A DNA stretch of 64,000 nt, taken from Balanoglossus misakiensis. Lineage: Eukaryota > Animalia > Hemichordata. Position numbers and translations under genes: made by a program. The stretch's first letter is position 1. Each line of letters opens with the position of its first letter. Location of the stretch: contig CM082582.2 of NCBI GenBank assembly GCA_040954595.2, forward strand, positions 6,822,063 through 6,886,062, in the 5' to 3' direction. Positions 12,960 to 25,100 of this stretch are shown here, piece after piece. Under the pieces are notes generated by a model that saw only the letters and a list, made by a program, of their open reading frames with translations, did no database searches and was not told where the DNA came from.

Positions 12960-14319
12960 CTAGTTGGGGGGGGGATAAAATAATAATATCAGTATAATTA
13001 CGTATTGTAATATCTGCATTATTTGTGAAAACAATTGGAATGAACATTCGGCGGAAATAGCCAAATAAGCTCACAGTCAGCAACCCTAAACTCCTACATG
13101 TCTAGTATTTGAATGAAAACGTCTTATCTTACAGCATCTGGTGAGTTCAAGCACTCCATAAAGTCGCTCATATCTTTTTATGCGAAAACATTTCCAAGAT
13201 CAGCGCCGCTGATGACCAGTGCACAGTACAATACAGGATCACGATTAAACCCTATATGCGTGTTTCGTACGATACGTGAACATGTATTAACTATCTAATT
13301 GTTTTTCCTATCGTTTCAACATCTTCTCAGTCTGCTTCTGGCGGTGTGACGCTTTATCAGCGCTTTCAGCGACAACAAAGAAGCTAAATAATTGAAACAG
13401 TCTGCGCCGCAGGAATCTCATGTCACTCATGTTGAACATTTTCGGCGCGATGTTTAATACCCAATGGCGTGGGAAATAGTCACACGACTTGACTGGCGAG
13501 ATATTTGTTTTCACCTTGTCTCAGACACGCCGATTTACAGTGCTATCACAGCACATCACGCGTCTTTAAATCCAGACGACAGAATGAGGTGCATTTCACA
13601 CTTAACTAATAGAAAAAGATGGCCCCTTTCAGTGCGAAATTTCATGAATCGCTTAATCGATACTCACGGCATAACACCTTTTTTTCAACATTTACCACTG
13701 ATTAGATCTAAGCGTAATCTATATACCACCAGGGTTTGCTCACTACACGTTTCGACATCATCGCGTGAATATATTTCTGTTAACGATTATCGCAGTTTTT
13801 ATAATTAACGCCTGTGTCCAGTGGCTTTTGTATAGATTTAAGTGGAAAAAAATATCTACAGACATCTAAATGTCTTGTGGGAAATATAGCGACGTTTCAT
13901 GGATGTTTACTGCATGTTTCTCGTGTATAGACTTCAATGAATCCCCGTCCTTTTCGTTTTGCATCTGGTGTGCGTAAATCCCAGAGGGTCAGAGGTCACA
14001 CACACACACACACGTACACGAGGGCGTTGCAAGGCGAGGTGTTTGCGCTGACACATCGTCTCCGTTAGAACGAAAAATTTCCACTTCAAACCAGGTTAGT
14101 TCTAACTGAAAATTTACAAGAGCTGTTATGAAGACGTCCGGAGTCACGCCAGATGACTGTTTTTCGTAATTTTGAACCGTGTCCATGAAAAACAGAACAT
14201 TGAAAATCACCGAGCATGTTCTGCTGCTGAGCAGTTCAACGAGCCATTGTCTTGCGGGATTTACATATTATCTCCTGTCCAGCACCTGTGACAACGGAAA
14301 ACACGCTTAGCAAGCGACC

Positions 14320-14960
14320 ACGCCTACGACGTGTGCGGACTGTGGTGAAACACGGTATGTAGTAAGCCTTACCCAAAATGATGTGCCGCTATGCAAAGCA
14401 TGCAAAAAGAAACGTGAAGACGAGATGGAAACTCCTCCGAGAACAGGACAAGTTATCGAGAGCAGTGAGGTGCTAGAGTCTACAGATAAGGCAACTCCAA
14501 GAAATTACAAAAACAGGTGAGCTGTTTACCAAGTCTCCTGGAATCTGTGCGTGAAATCAAAGAATGCACAGAAGACAATAACAACGTCTATGGACTTCTT
14601 CAACAAAATGCTTGAAGAAACATGTGAGCAAATGCGCAAGATTGAAAATGAAAACAAATTAAAGAACTTAGAAGAGCAAATGAAGATCTGATGAAACGAG
14701 TGAGCATACTGGAGAAAGACCAAGAAGAACAAAACCCAATATAGCAGGCGAGAAAACCTAGAAATACAGGGAATATCGCAGATGTCAAATGAAAATACTG
14801 ATGAAATTGTATTGAAAGTCTTAAAAGAAATCCATCCAGACATATCAGAGAGAGAGATTGAAGTCACACGCAGAATTGGGAAGACAGACCGAACAAACAG
14901 GCCAATACTTGTGAAATTCAACAGCAGGGAGACTCGAGACAAAGTCTACAGAGATAGGGG
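14320..14960 (+). mobile_element. Degenerate non-LTR retrotransposon ORF1 relic (Zn-finger + coiled coil + L1-type RRM; CR1/L2-like)
   Basis: Joining frames gives CADCG...LCKACK, a coiled-coil (SMDFFNKMLEE...LMKRVSILEK), then QYSRRENLEIQGI...ENTDEIVLKV...IEVTRRIG...RPILVKFNSRETRDKVY. Several frameshifts and stops. Confidence 0.8.
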
Positions 14961-16290
14961 ATACAGGGAAACGTGGGTTAATCGGGCTGAGCGATCGCGA
15001 GCAAAGAGAGTCAACGCGAACACTTCTTGACAGGGTCAGCGAAGACAATCACTCGTCACTTCCTGCGCTTACAAACCAGGGTGACTGTGAACGCCTATTA
15101 ATTAACGCGGAGTGATGTGTCTATTCTTTTCCCCTGAAATAAATGAGTCTGCATGCATTATGTTGCCAAAATGTTTCCTTCCGCCGGCTTGTGGATATAT
15201 ACTTGCACGATAAATGAGCAAATGTCGCTCGGGTTCCTGTCCGTCTCATGCATATTTATAAATTCATCAGAACCGAGTGACAACGTCGTGTGTCTTTTTG
15301 TCACAGATGGCATCGTGTCATTAATTGGTACTTGCGGTTTCTGGATTTCGCTGGTTCCAACAGCACAAATTTTCAATTCCTTTTGTATTCTGCGCGAGTT
15401 TTACTGGTAAACATTTCCAAGGAGGGTGATGATGTCATTGGAGTTTGTTTCAATCAGGTGCCATTACTCATACGGCTGAATTTATAACTGTAAAAGTAAA
15501 GACACTTGTACTCGTGAAAAACCAAAGGCAGAGAACACCGACAGTTTATGCATATAACGTGAAAACACGTCAAGTCGAACAAAAATATATTAGAGTAGTT
15601 ATTTTATCGCTGAATGGTTCCAGAGCGCTATAGTGAGATTGTTGAATTTAAGATAATTCAAGCAATCAGCCATTACATTTTGAATTCCACGCGGTGGAAT
15701 AAAAAAAGTTCAATAAAATAAAAATTTACATGGAAACCTAACGATCGACCACCAAATCGCAATTCGCAGCCGACGTGACATCCACGCGCAATCATTTCGG
15801 TCATTACAGTTATTCTTCACCGGGTGAACATGTCCCCAGAATGAAAGGGGGGAAGATTGCGGGTATAACGTCACATGCCTAGCCGGACAAAGGAGGGTTA
15901 TTCCCGTTTGCATTCAGAGAAAGAAGGTTGCAGAATTAACGGCAGCCGCACGGAAGGTCACCCGCCCACAATAGTCTTCGCAGAGGCTGCTGAGAGAAAA
16001 TTACGCGTTTGTTCACAGAATTTAAAGGAAATTAAATTTCCTCTTCAGAACCAACCTTTCCCAACTCTTTGACAATGTTTAATGACGGTGGCGCAGTATG
16101 GTGACGTGATGCAGGAAAGCCTGAATGTTCCGCGATAACTGTCGAGGTATGACGAAGCGCACCGGAACAGACGTCGAGTCATGCGTTTTCCCGTGTGGGA
16201 AATGTCACTCGTCTCCTTGCGAGAGAAATCTCCTCACCTTTGCGTGAGGCAATTTTAAAGTTTACTCCCAGTTTACATTTTATATTCGCT

Positions 16291-16640
16291 TTAAGGTATA
16301 GTACACGCCCTGGAGACAGATTTTCAGAAACAAGTAATATTTCTACAAGCTGTTTACTGGCACACCTTTGTGTGAGGAGTCTGTAAATCCAAAAAAGAGA
16401 AGAAAATTGGGTTTTCACCATCTTGTTTTCGCGATTTCGTAAGAAACACTACTTTAACTTGTGTCCATAAAGTTAACGCAGAGACGGCCGCCATTTTGAA
16501 TTTCGCTCTCTCCTTTAAAATGCTGCACGGTGATTCCCAATTTTTATTCTAAATTTTAAGAGAGAATAATCTAAAGTTGCCTTGAACAAAATGTTAGAAA
16601 AAGTTGAAGACTTTGATTTTCAAGGCGCATACTAACTTAT
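16291..16640. mobile_element. ~350-bp MITE with imperfect TIRs and TTAA-type flanks (Kolobok/piggyBac-like, non-autonomous)
   Basis: Left end ttaaggtatagtacacgccctgga; reverse complement of right end taagttagtatgcgccttgaa; no coding capacity. Confidence 0.65.
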
Positions 16641-18551
16641 ACGACGTGGCAAATGAAGTTACATTGCATGGTCAGACGGCGTGACTCAGCTCGCCAGTTG
16701 AATACCGCGATTAAACCTTCTGACCCTCATCTCCTTCGAACATTTGATTTTTTTCCCGCCATAAAGCAGTAGGATTATAGACATAGTATGCAGCAGAGAA
16801 CGTTAAACCGCTGTCGAAGCAGCAACGATTTCAACTTATTTTTTGATCATTCGGGATCGCCACTTTGAACGGTGACGAATGCTTCGGAGTTGGCTGATAT
16901 CCCTGCAGAAGATCAAGATAGCAAACATGTAGAATTGAAGGGGGCTTTTGCGTTGAAATATTTAGCGCGAATAGAACGTGACGATGCGGGCGGGTGATCA
17001 ACACAGGGAGTATTAACCCGAAGTCAACTCGTCGAGTATATGGTTCCACGTTGGCTATACTGCCCCAGTCTTTATTCATTTATTGGAGTCCATGTTAACA
17101 CGGTAAACTGGAGTGGGGCAAAAAGCGATACAGCGATATACGGAGAGTCTGTTCTTATCAGCGCGTTGTAACACTCTCGCCCGTCTATACGGACGCCATG
17201 TACGGAATATCTCACAGCGTCATGCTGCTCCCGGCGGGGCCGGCTGAATTCCACGGTATTAAACAGAGCCAGCGACACGAGGGAATTATAACTGCGGCAA
17301 GATATACGATAACATGATACATAGCGGCATAATCTTCCTCTATGCGGTGGAAATTGCCCGATCGCTGTATTTTCTGTCACAGCAATCCAACATCAGGTAG
17401 CAATAAATCAGGAGTAAAAAGAAACTAAACTATGAGGCCTTAAAGAAACTTGCCATGTATATCGTATTGGCCACCACAAAGTGAAACTTTGACCAATCGT
17501 GTATTTCTGAAACTAGCCCTACTTTAATAAATTCAGGATGTTAGGAACATACACGTATGGTAAGGCAAATGCGTCCAAAAGGCAATGGTTGTCACCATTG
17601 GCATGAATAGTGCAAGCCATCTTTAGCGTAAGGGTGTCTTGTGGTAAAATCCCCCTCCCCCCTCGTTAGTTGATTGAGTTAGTTGTATTGTACAAAATAA
17701 TTGTGTAAATGAAAAATGTCACAACCGAAAGTATTAAAAAGCACAATAATTCCTCGGGCAATATGATTTACGTCACCATGATATCTCGCGTGGAAACAAG
17801 GGTCAGTGGCCGGCCCGTACGTCATGCCAAACGCAACATATCGGGGGACCCAAGAGTGATGGAATACGTCTTTTGATTAAGGCAGTGTATATATACAAAG
17901 TTAGCGAGGATAAGATAAGCCGTGATAATGAGTTCACTGCGACAGCAATTTTTCGACGCCGATGGCTCTAAATATTGACGTCGGAGAAGATATGCCACAG
18001 AATGGTACAAAAAACACTTCTCGTGGAATTCCCCTGACATACGATAACCGTGCACGTTTCTTTGCTGGAGGAAGCGCATGCGCCGTTTCGTGGCTTTACT
18101 CCAGGGGTATGCAGTCCCGGCCTTGCAGAAAACACCAGTGCATGCAAGGTGACCGACAGTGGAGGGTCTCACACCGATCAGCAGCTTATGATCATCAGTA
18201 ATAACCGTAGGCGACCAGACAACATAACTAGACGCGTGTTCTTCATATATTCTCAGCGAGACTTTTTCTCTTGAACGTTCAGACTCTACACGCATCAAGA
18301 TTGACTAGGCGTTCAGGTAGTCCAATCTTACGGAATTGAATAATGCAGTCTACGCTACGTGATATATGATGACATATACGTCGTTAAGCTAGTATCACTT
18401 ATTATTATAATCGTGGTGGATAATTTTATATACCACTCATGCATCATGCACAGGGGCGTTCAATGCTGTATCTTTACTAGTTTGAAATATGCGAAACTGC
18501 ATATGAGCCACCCTTTAATGGAAAATGAAATATGAAAATAGCAATACTTAC

Positions 18552-18784
18552 TTCATACTTAGTGTGACCTCACCCTCAGGAGTGATATGAATGTATTTGT
18601 TTTCAACAGTGACGTCATGGAAGCTGCCTTCTTTAACGTTCGTGAAGTACAAATCGGGAACCCAGATATCATTAACTATTGTCCTATCGCCAATGAACCC
18701 CGTTCCACCTTCAAAAATACTGCTGTTGTATGTCATCCGGGGCTCCAACCATTTTTCGGTGAAAATCATAGTCATACCATATTC
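18552..18784 (-). CDS. Cys-loop channel exon 4 (loops D, A, E)
   Basis: EYGMTMIFTEKWLEPRM...IWVPDLYFTNVKEGSFHDVTVENKYIHITPEGEVTLSM(K); tttttag acceptor, gtaagt donor; 233 nt, phase 0-2. Confidence 0.96.
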
Positions 18785-21444
18785 CTAAAAAGAAATAATG
18801 CTTGTGTTATTATAATATACACCGAGAATCTCCGAGAATTACCGAGAATGTAAAGTCAAACACAAAGCAGTACTGAACCGTAAAGCCAACCAACAAATTA
18901 CGAGGAACAAAGTCAAAACCCATGAAAATAAGATATATGGACTTCAGGCAAAAATACAAGGAAATTGATCTATGTAAATGCAATCATCGTAAAATTTTAG
19001 AAACATTTTTTTCTTCGAGGATCTGTGAAAGATCAACGATCCTTATCATGCCATTAGTTCACAAGAAGAATTATACTTTTACATCACCAGATTACATCAG
19101 TTGCGTCCACTATCATGACAGTGGCGGCATAAAGTTTAACGCGCTGTTAAGACTGTACAGCGAATATATTTATGAACATGTCTCTGGCGTCGTAAACCAA
19201 ATTTAGTGTTGTAAGAGATTGAGCTGGCCGTAAAGACGACTTCATTGGAAACGTACGTGCCAATTTCACACAGAAAATAAGACTTGCTAACCTTGGGAAG
19301 CCATAAAAATATTCTGCTGAAAATTGAAACTGTATCACGTAAACATGCGGGGATGTTCGAAGGAAGATGTTTCTTCGCGAATTGAATGACAATTCAAATA
19401 ACGCGAACAAGAGCGCAAAACGCCCCGTCGAAATCACACATGACGCCAAGACGGCGCGGAGACAACATATTCGGGGCATGTATTCTAGTCCCCCTCACAA
19501 AGAAAAGCTCTCGTGAGCTTTGATCTCGATACCGGTTTAAAAGCAGATTGACATAAGTCAAATTGTGGGCTGATATTGCTGAATGCAATAATTGACAATC
19601 TTCGCGGCATCCAATAAACTTACGTTTCCTATATGCCTGAATTATATCGTGGCATATTTATTTGCACCTTGTCTATGACCCTGCCGGATTGAGGGAAACC
19701 TTTCCGAGACGACATCTATAAGAACCGGCTTTGATGTTGAATGGATCAAGTTTGATGTTATTGTCTAGGGAACTGCTGGGATATCGATTTTAAATAAACA
19801 AGCTGTACAAGCTCACCTGTCGAAATGAAATTGTTAGAGTTCCAGTTCGGATTCGATTGACCTGGATTTAATATCGGAACCCAATTGATCAAATTGTTAA
19901 ATAACTCAAACCGTGAGCGAGAAATTTCAATAAAAGAGAATATTGGACCGGATAAATTTGTGACGCTTTTGAATAGAAGTTCTCTACGGTGTCGTTTGAT
20001 TACTATTTCCCCTAAATTGAAGGAAGACAGAGTCTTAACCCTTTACATTCACAAGTCCGTGGAACGATAGTCGAATGTATGGAGACCATGTACAAATGGT
20101 TTTTACAACATATAGGCCAGTCGCGGTAACTTTAATGTGTAGTGTCCAAACGATGAACGTTAGGTATACAACCACGGAGGAAATACCACACCCATGCCAC
20201 TTGCCATGTTATCGGATTATGATTCTTGCCTTAACGTGTTGCTGTCGATAGTGAGAATTGAGGGGCTCGTCATAGCCGTTGCCAAAGTTGTAGAACAAAA
20301 TCCTATCGGGGCCAGACAAACGTATACAGCACTGTCAGGGCTAGCGATTCGAAGCAAATGCTTCTGTGACTGGGAGTTCTTAAGGAAAACTCGTGGAAGT
20401 ATTGACGGGCAGTGTATCCAGTCAGTTAAACCGACGCTGCTGGGGGGACAAAAAGCGATTTAAAACCGAAGAATGACATGTTCTGTAAAACAAGGCATTT
20501 AACCCATGGCACTAACCTTGTCCTGCAAAGAAGCTTAATGAAACCGCTCAGCTGTAATTATCGACCAAATTACAAGTTTTAAACTAGTAAAAGGTCGATA
20601 TAAATTCAGAGCCAGGTTTTAAATTGGCTCTTCATGAAATGCACTTTGCGGAGTTTTAGAGCAATTTTGTCGATTCCAGTAAAAGGTGTTCTCGCACGCA
20701 ATAGTTAATTGAACACATGGAGAAGCCAATTTAAGTCACCACTTGGCAATGCGTTCATGTTAAATAAAATAAATCTCCGAGAGAGAAAAAGCCCATTAAG
20801 CAATGTTTTATGGGTGGGCGAATTTACGCCCGTTTGGACGGCGTGAATTGAGATAGTTAAACTTACTTTCAATGGGTCACTTCAAAGACTTGCGTTCAAG
20901 CCAGGTTTGTGGCCTTAAGTGGGTTTCATGGCAGGAATATAAACAAAATCATTGCTCTATTTTCTATTAAAATAAATTGCCCTTGAAACTCACCCGTTGA
21001 AACTAACGGCTAATATTGCAATTGCGCTCCCGTATAAGTAGTTTATGGAACATCGGTATAGGTACGCTATATATACGAAGCGGTACTGTACATTGTGTCT
21101 GCCAGCAATATATTCCCATTAGAGGCGACAGTGCAAAGCTGTCGATGGCGATGGTGTAACGGTAACGGCTATACCCTGTAACCCCAGTCGCATTACTTCT
21201 TAGTCGATGACAGTCTATGAACGTGTATGCGCATTATTCTTTTATACGACACGCATAAACGGAGTATACTGAGCAAAAGATGCTGCTGCTATTTGGAGGG
21301 TCCCTATCCGCATTATCATTCAAGGGCGAGCCACCGAGATACGTTAACTCGTGGCATTAAACTTTACGACGCGCCAGAGCGGTTTCAGAAGTAGAATTTA
21401 AGAATGCATCTATTTTCAATTATGGGGTTCTGCCTGCAATGAAA

Positions 21445-21530
21445 ATCCTGGGTGGGTGAAGTAAAGTGAAGTAAAATGCCTTGCTAAAGGACACAACACC
21501 CTAGCTGGCCATGCATGGTGGGGCTTGAAG
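21445..21530 (-). mobile_element. Degenerate tRNA-derived CORE-type SINE remnant
   Basis: gtaaaatgccttgctaaaggacacaacac...ggggcttgaa resembles the reverse-strand 'aagtgccttgcccaaggacacaac...gggctcgaacc' core plus B-box. Confidence 0.45.
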
Positions 21531-21973
21531 CATTCTCCCCAGCGAGTGGATCTTGCTGAATCTCTTGTGCACGTCATTTATCGACTCAGAACGATGACAT
21601 TTTCAGCGCACCAGCTGGTGGTGGCCCAGACCATATTTTAACCCCAGACACTTCAAATAATTGAGATTAAAGAAGTCTATCTGCAGGTCCCGAGGAATTG
21701 AAGATTTTTTTCTTGGACATTTGATTTAAATTTCCCTGTGGTCGTTGCTAATGGCAGCTGGGAAGGTTTTAGTTAATTTCAGAAAATCTTTGGATTACGA
21801 AATCCCATGTCTGCACAGACGTGCATGGCTGCAAGCTATAGATTAATTTCTTACAACAAAGTCAGTTGATAGTATTGCATAGGCCCTGTATACACTGTCA
21901 TATCTTACACGCAATTCAGGTTTCGCTCCGCTGAGCTTTGTTGTCGCAGATAAGGTATAGTGGTTGATTGAAA

Positions 21974-22110
21974 GAACGAACGAATGAATGAATGAATGAA
22001 TGAATGAATGAATGAATGAATGAATGAATGAATGAATGAATGAATGAATGAATGAATGAATGAATGAATGAATGAATGATCCAATCAGTCAATCAATCAA
22101 TCAATCAAAC
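21974..22110. repeat. (GAAT)n microsatellite followed by (CAAT)n
   Basis: About 100 bp of perfect gaat repeats, then aatc repeats. Confidence 0.97.
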
Positions 22111-25100
22111 CAACCACCCAATTCATCATGCCACCATTCAATGGCGGCATATTGAACTTGCTTGCAACTAATCTGAACGTGCCAGCCCAGTATGCATTTG
22201 ACAGTGGATAATACGTTAAAGTAAATACGTGACATTTAACAACGAAGTTGAGCAGCACTAAATCAAACAAAGCTTGTGTAATCCCCGCACAGGAGGTTAA
22301 CGTGCTCTAAATCGTGAATACGTCAAGGGCATTTAAATAGTTAAACTGACCGAAGGCACGTTCATTTCCATCAAAACCTTTCAAAAAGCAAACTACTTGT
22401 TGTGCATGGCAACACTGGAAAACAACACCACTTTGATTATTCAGTATCGACATTTTAAAGTGGCATCCACTCGTACCAGCGGATGGAGTGGACAGATCGA
22501 AATACCGGTACATGTTTTTCTGTGCGGAGTGGAACATTACCCGTTAACTGTAACAGATCTTGACGTGTCTTCAAACATTACACGAGTTATCGATCGAGAA
22601 CTGCGTACGGTACACGGATACATGCCGATTTCGATATACAGCTTTGGCTTTGCCGAGAGTACGACCGTGAAATCGAACTGCCAATCTCGGTGTCAAATTG
22701 CACAAAAAGTACCAAAACTCGTGAGAAGAATTGTCAACTTTTCCCCTTATAATTTTGTATTTTTATTTCACATCTGACAGGTGAAAATTAAGCACTGAAA
22801 AAATCGTGTACTATCGTACACATTCAAGGGTTTCAATGGAAATAGGCCGTGGTGGCACCATTTAAATGTAAGTTGCATCACGTTTCTTGCAAATGTTTTC
22901 CCATGGCATGAATTAAGATATGATCATTTCCTCTGGTCAGTTGTGTGCCCCTATGTGTCGTTAACGATATCGTGTTCGCAGGTACATGCACCTTCGCCTA
23001 ATTGATAACCATATCATTCCGTATCTATGATATCTCTCTATTGCAGATTGATATAAGGTTGTTTCACCTTCCCTGGGCTGGGGTTGGCATTTATCTGTAA
23101 ACGCCCTTCAGGGTTTTTCACTCGACCAATGATATTGTGCGTTGGAAGAACGAGTGAAACTTGGTTGGTAAATAACATGTTGAGAAAGTACTTTTTCAGA
23201 GAACCGCCATCACCGATATCATCAGAGTTTGCTCTTACAAAGGTCAACATTAAAACACTGTAACTGACCGACAATGTCAATGAATTGACTCACTTTTAAC
23301 TCAATTGTGGAGACAAACGTGCCTAAGTATTAGCTCTTGTCTTCGTTAAAAGCTAAAATCGTCGGGAAAAGGGCAGGGTAAAAAGCTGATGCTTTGGAAT
23401 ATTAAGCGAGAAAGGAGTGTATTTAACTAAATTATTTACAATAAGGTATTAGCTATAGTACTTGTATGACATTTATCCTTTCAGACAAGTAAGAAAAAAA
23501 ACATTAACCTTTTTAAGGTTTCACTAATTTGACAATTGCGTCAAATTGTTTGTAACGCCAACTGCGACTACAGACTCTATCACGCATCGAAACCGTGAGT
23601 GGAAAAAATAGTTATTCGGCATGAATACCCGATTGCTCCTTTCACTGGATAAACATTCGTGCGTTTTTCGGTATCATGGCTATAATTATGACAGTAAATT
23701 CCGTTATATCACCGTTAGGTCGAAATTACAGTAGAGTTTCCAGACAAGCGGTGTGATAATGCATCTTTCTGCATGTATCAGCGATATCTTTCCACCCCGT
23801 AAAACATCACATCATGATTAACCAGCGTACAAGCGATAGCGGTCTGTACCGGCATCTGTCGGATCAGTGGGAAGGTGTGTCATCGTGATCAGTTAACACG
23901 ACAGTCTTCACACCTAGAACCGTGAAGATAAACCGCGAAGACATGCTGAAACTTTGTAAACTTTTAGCAGACAAGTCAATTGTGTCCGATACGCAGCTGA
24001 GAATACAACTCACTGTCGCGCAGCCAAGTTGAATCATGGGAAATATAGAATACATTTTCACCGAACATAACATCATTTTTTGTACGTACAGATACTTCGT
24101 AAACGGATGTCAACGTTTTCAATGCGCACGGTATCAGGTGGGGAAACGGACGGTGTCACAAAAGTCCTAATAACGACACAATTAGGATTCACTTTCATGA
24201 ATGGATGCGTGTCAGGTTTTCTTTACATCGACATTTTCAAAATTGAAATCCTCACTCGCAATTCTTTTTGCCGTCAGCGACAGGTAACAAAATGATGAAA
24301 TGTTGCCGACGACGACGCGTCAATGTCGAGTCTTCCTGACGTCTCTTATAAAAGAACCGTCGATAACTTGGTGACCTTTCTTTGTAGAGTCGTAACCAGC
24401 TTAGTGCGAAAGTCTTGTACAGTTTCGATCAACAACATAGTGGCTGCTCGATTCGTTGAATCATTCACGAACGTACACGTGGATGTTTTAGCGAGACACA
24501 AAAATAAAAGAAATCGATGCAACGCACGAGAATTCTGACTGGACCACTGAGGACGAATAAATTTCCGTTAAAATCAATTCTTCGCTGACGTGGTTCCTTT
24601 CATTGTTTCATTCGTTTAAATCAATTACTTGTGACTGCATGTTTGGCTATTACGGCGGGTCGCAGAATTTGGAAATACTGGACAGACTGAAGGTAATTAA
24701 CGATCTATGCAGTCTGCCACAGGAGAACATGCAACACAAACCATTACACATAGCTCACAGTTAGACGAATGGTGGGCGTGGTTACTTCTTGGTTAAAGCA
24801 CTTTTGACATGCGTTCACCACGTGACCAAGAAGAGGGTCTGCCAAGCCGAATGCAAAAATCGAATTACCATTTGTCATAATTGCAACATTTAGCCAGTTA
24901 CGAATATGACAACTGTGACACGTGGTGATTTCATTGAGGTGTTGAAATGTTACCTTGGTAAGCGTAAGCCAATATGCTCTCTGATGAAGTGTGTACTTTG
25001 ACCAGTTCACCACTGACTGAAAACCGATCAATAAGCGTGAAATTGGCGAATCTTTTTATAAAGTAAACATTAGAACGGTTCATTAACTAAGCTGATTATT

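Noticed and set aside
14798-14822. CTGATGA...GAAAGTC hammerhead-like spacing
   Set aside because: Lies in the LINE ORF1 coding relic (TDEIVLKV); only a 3-bp AU stem, so coincidental.
17962-18274. Two overlapping plus-strand ORFs that could be a frameshifted gene
   Set aside because: No recognisable homology or splice signals; cannot be supported.
22397-23280. 126-aa (+) and 80-aa (-) ORFs in intron 3 as a possible nested gene or alternative channel exons
   Set aside because: No Cys-loop motifs or other recognisable domain; non-ATG starts; no coherent exon chain.
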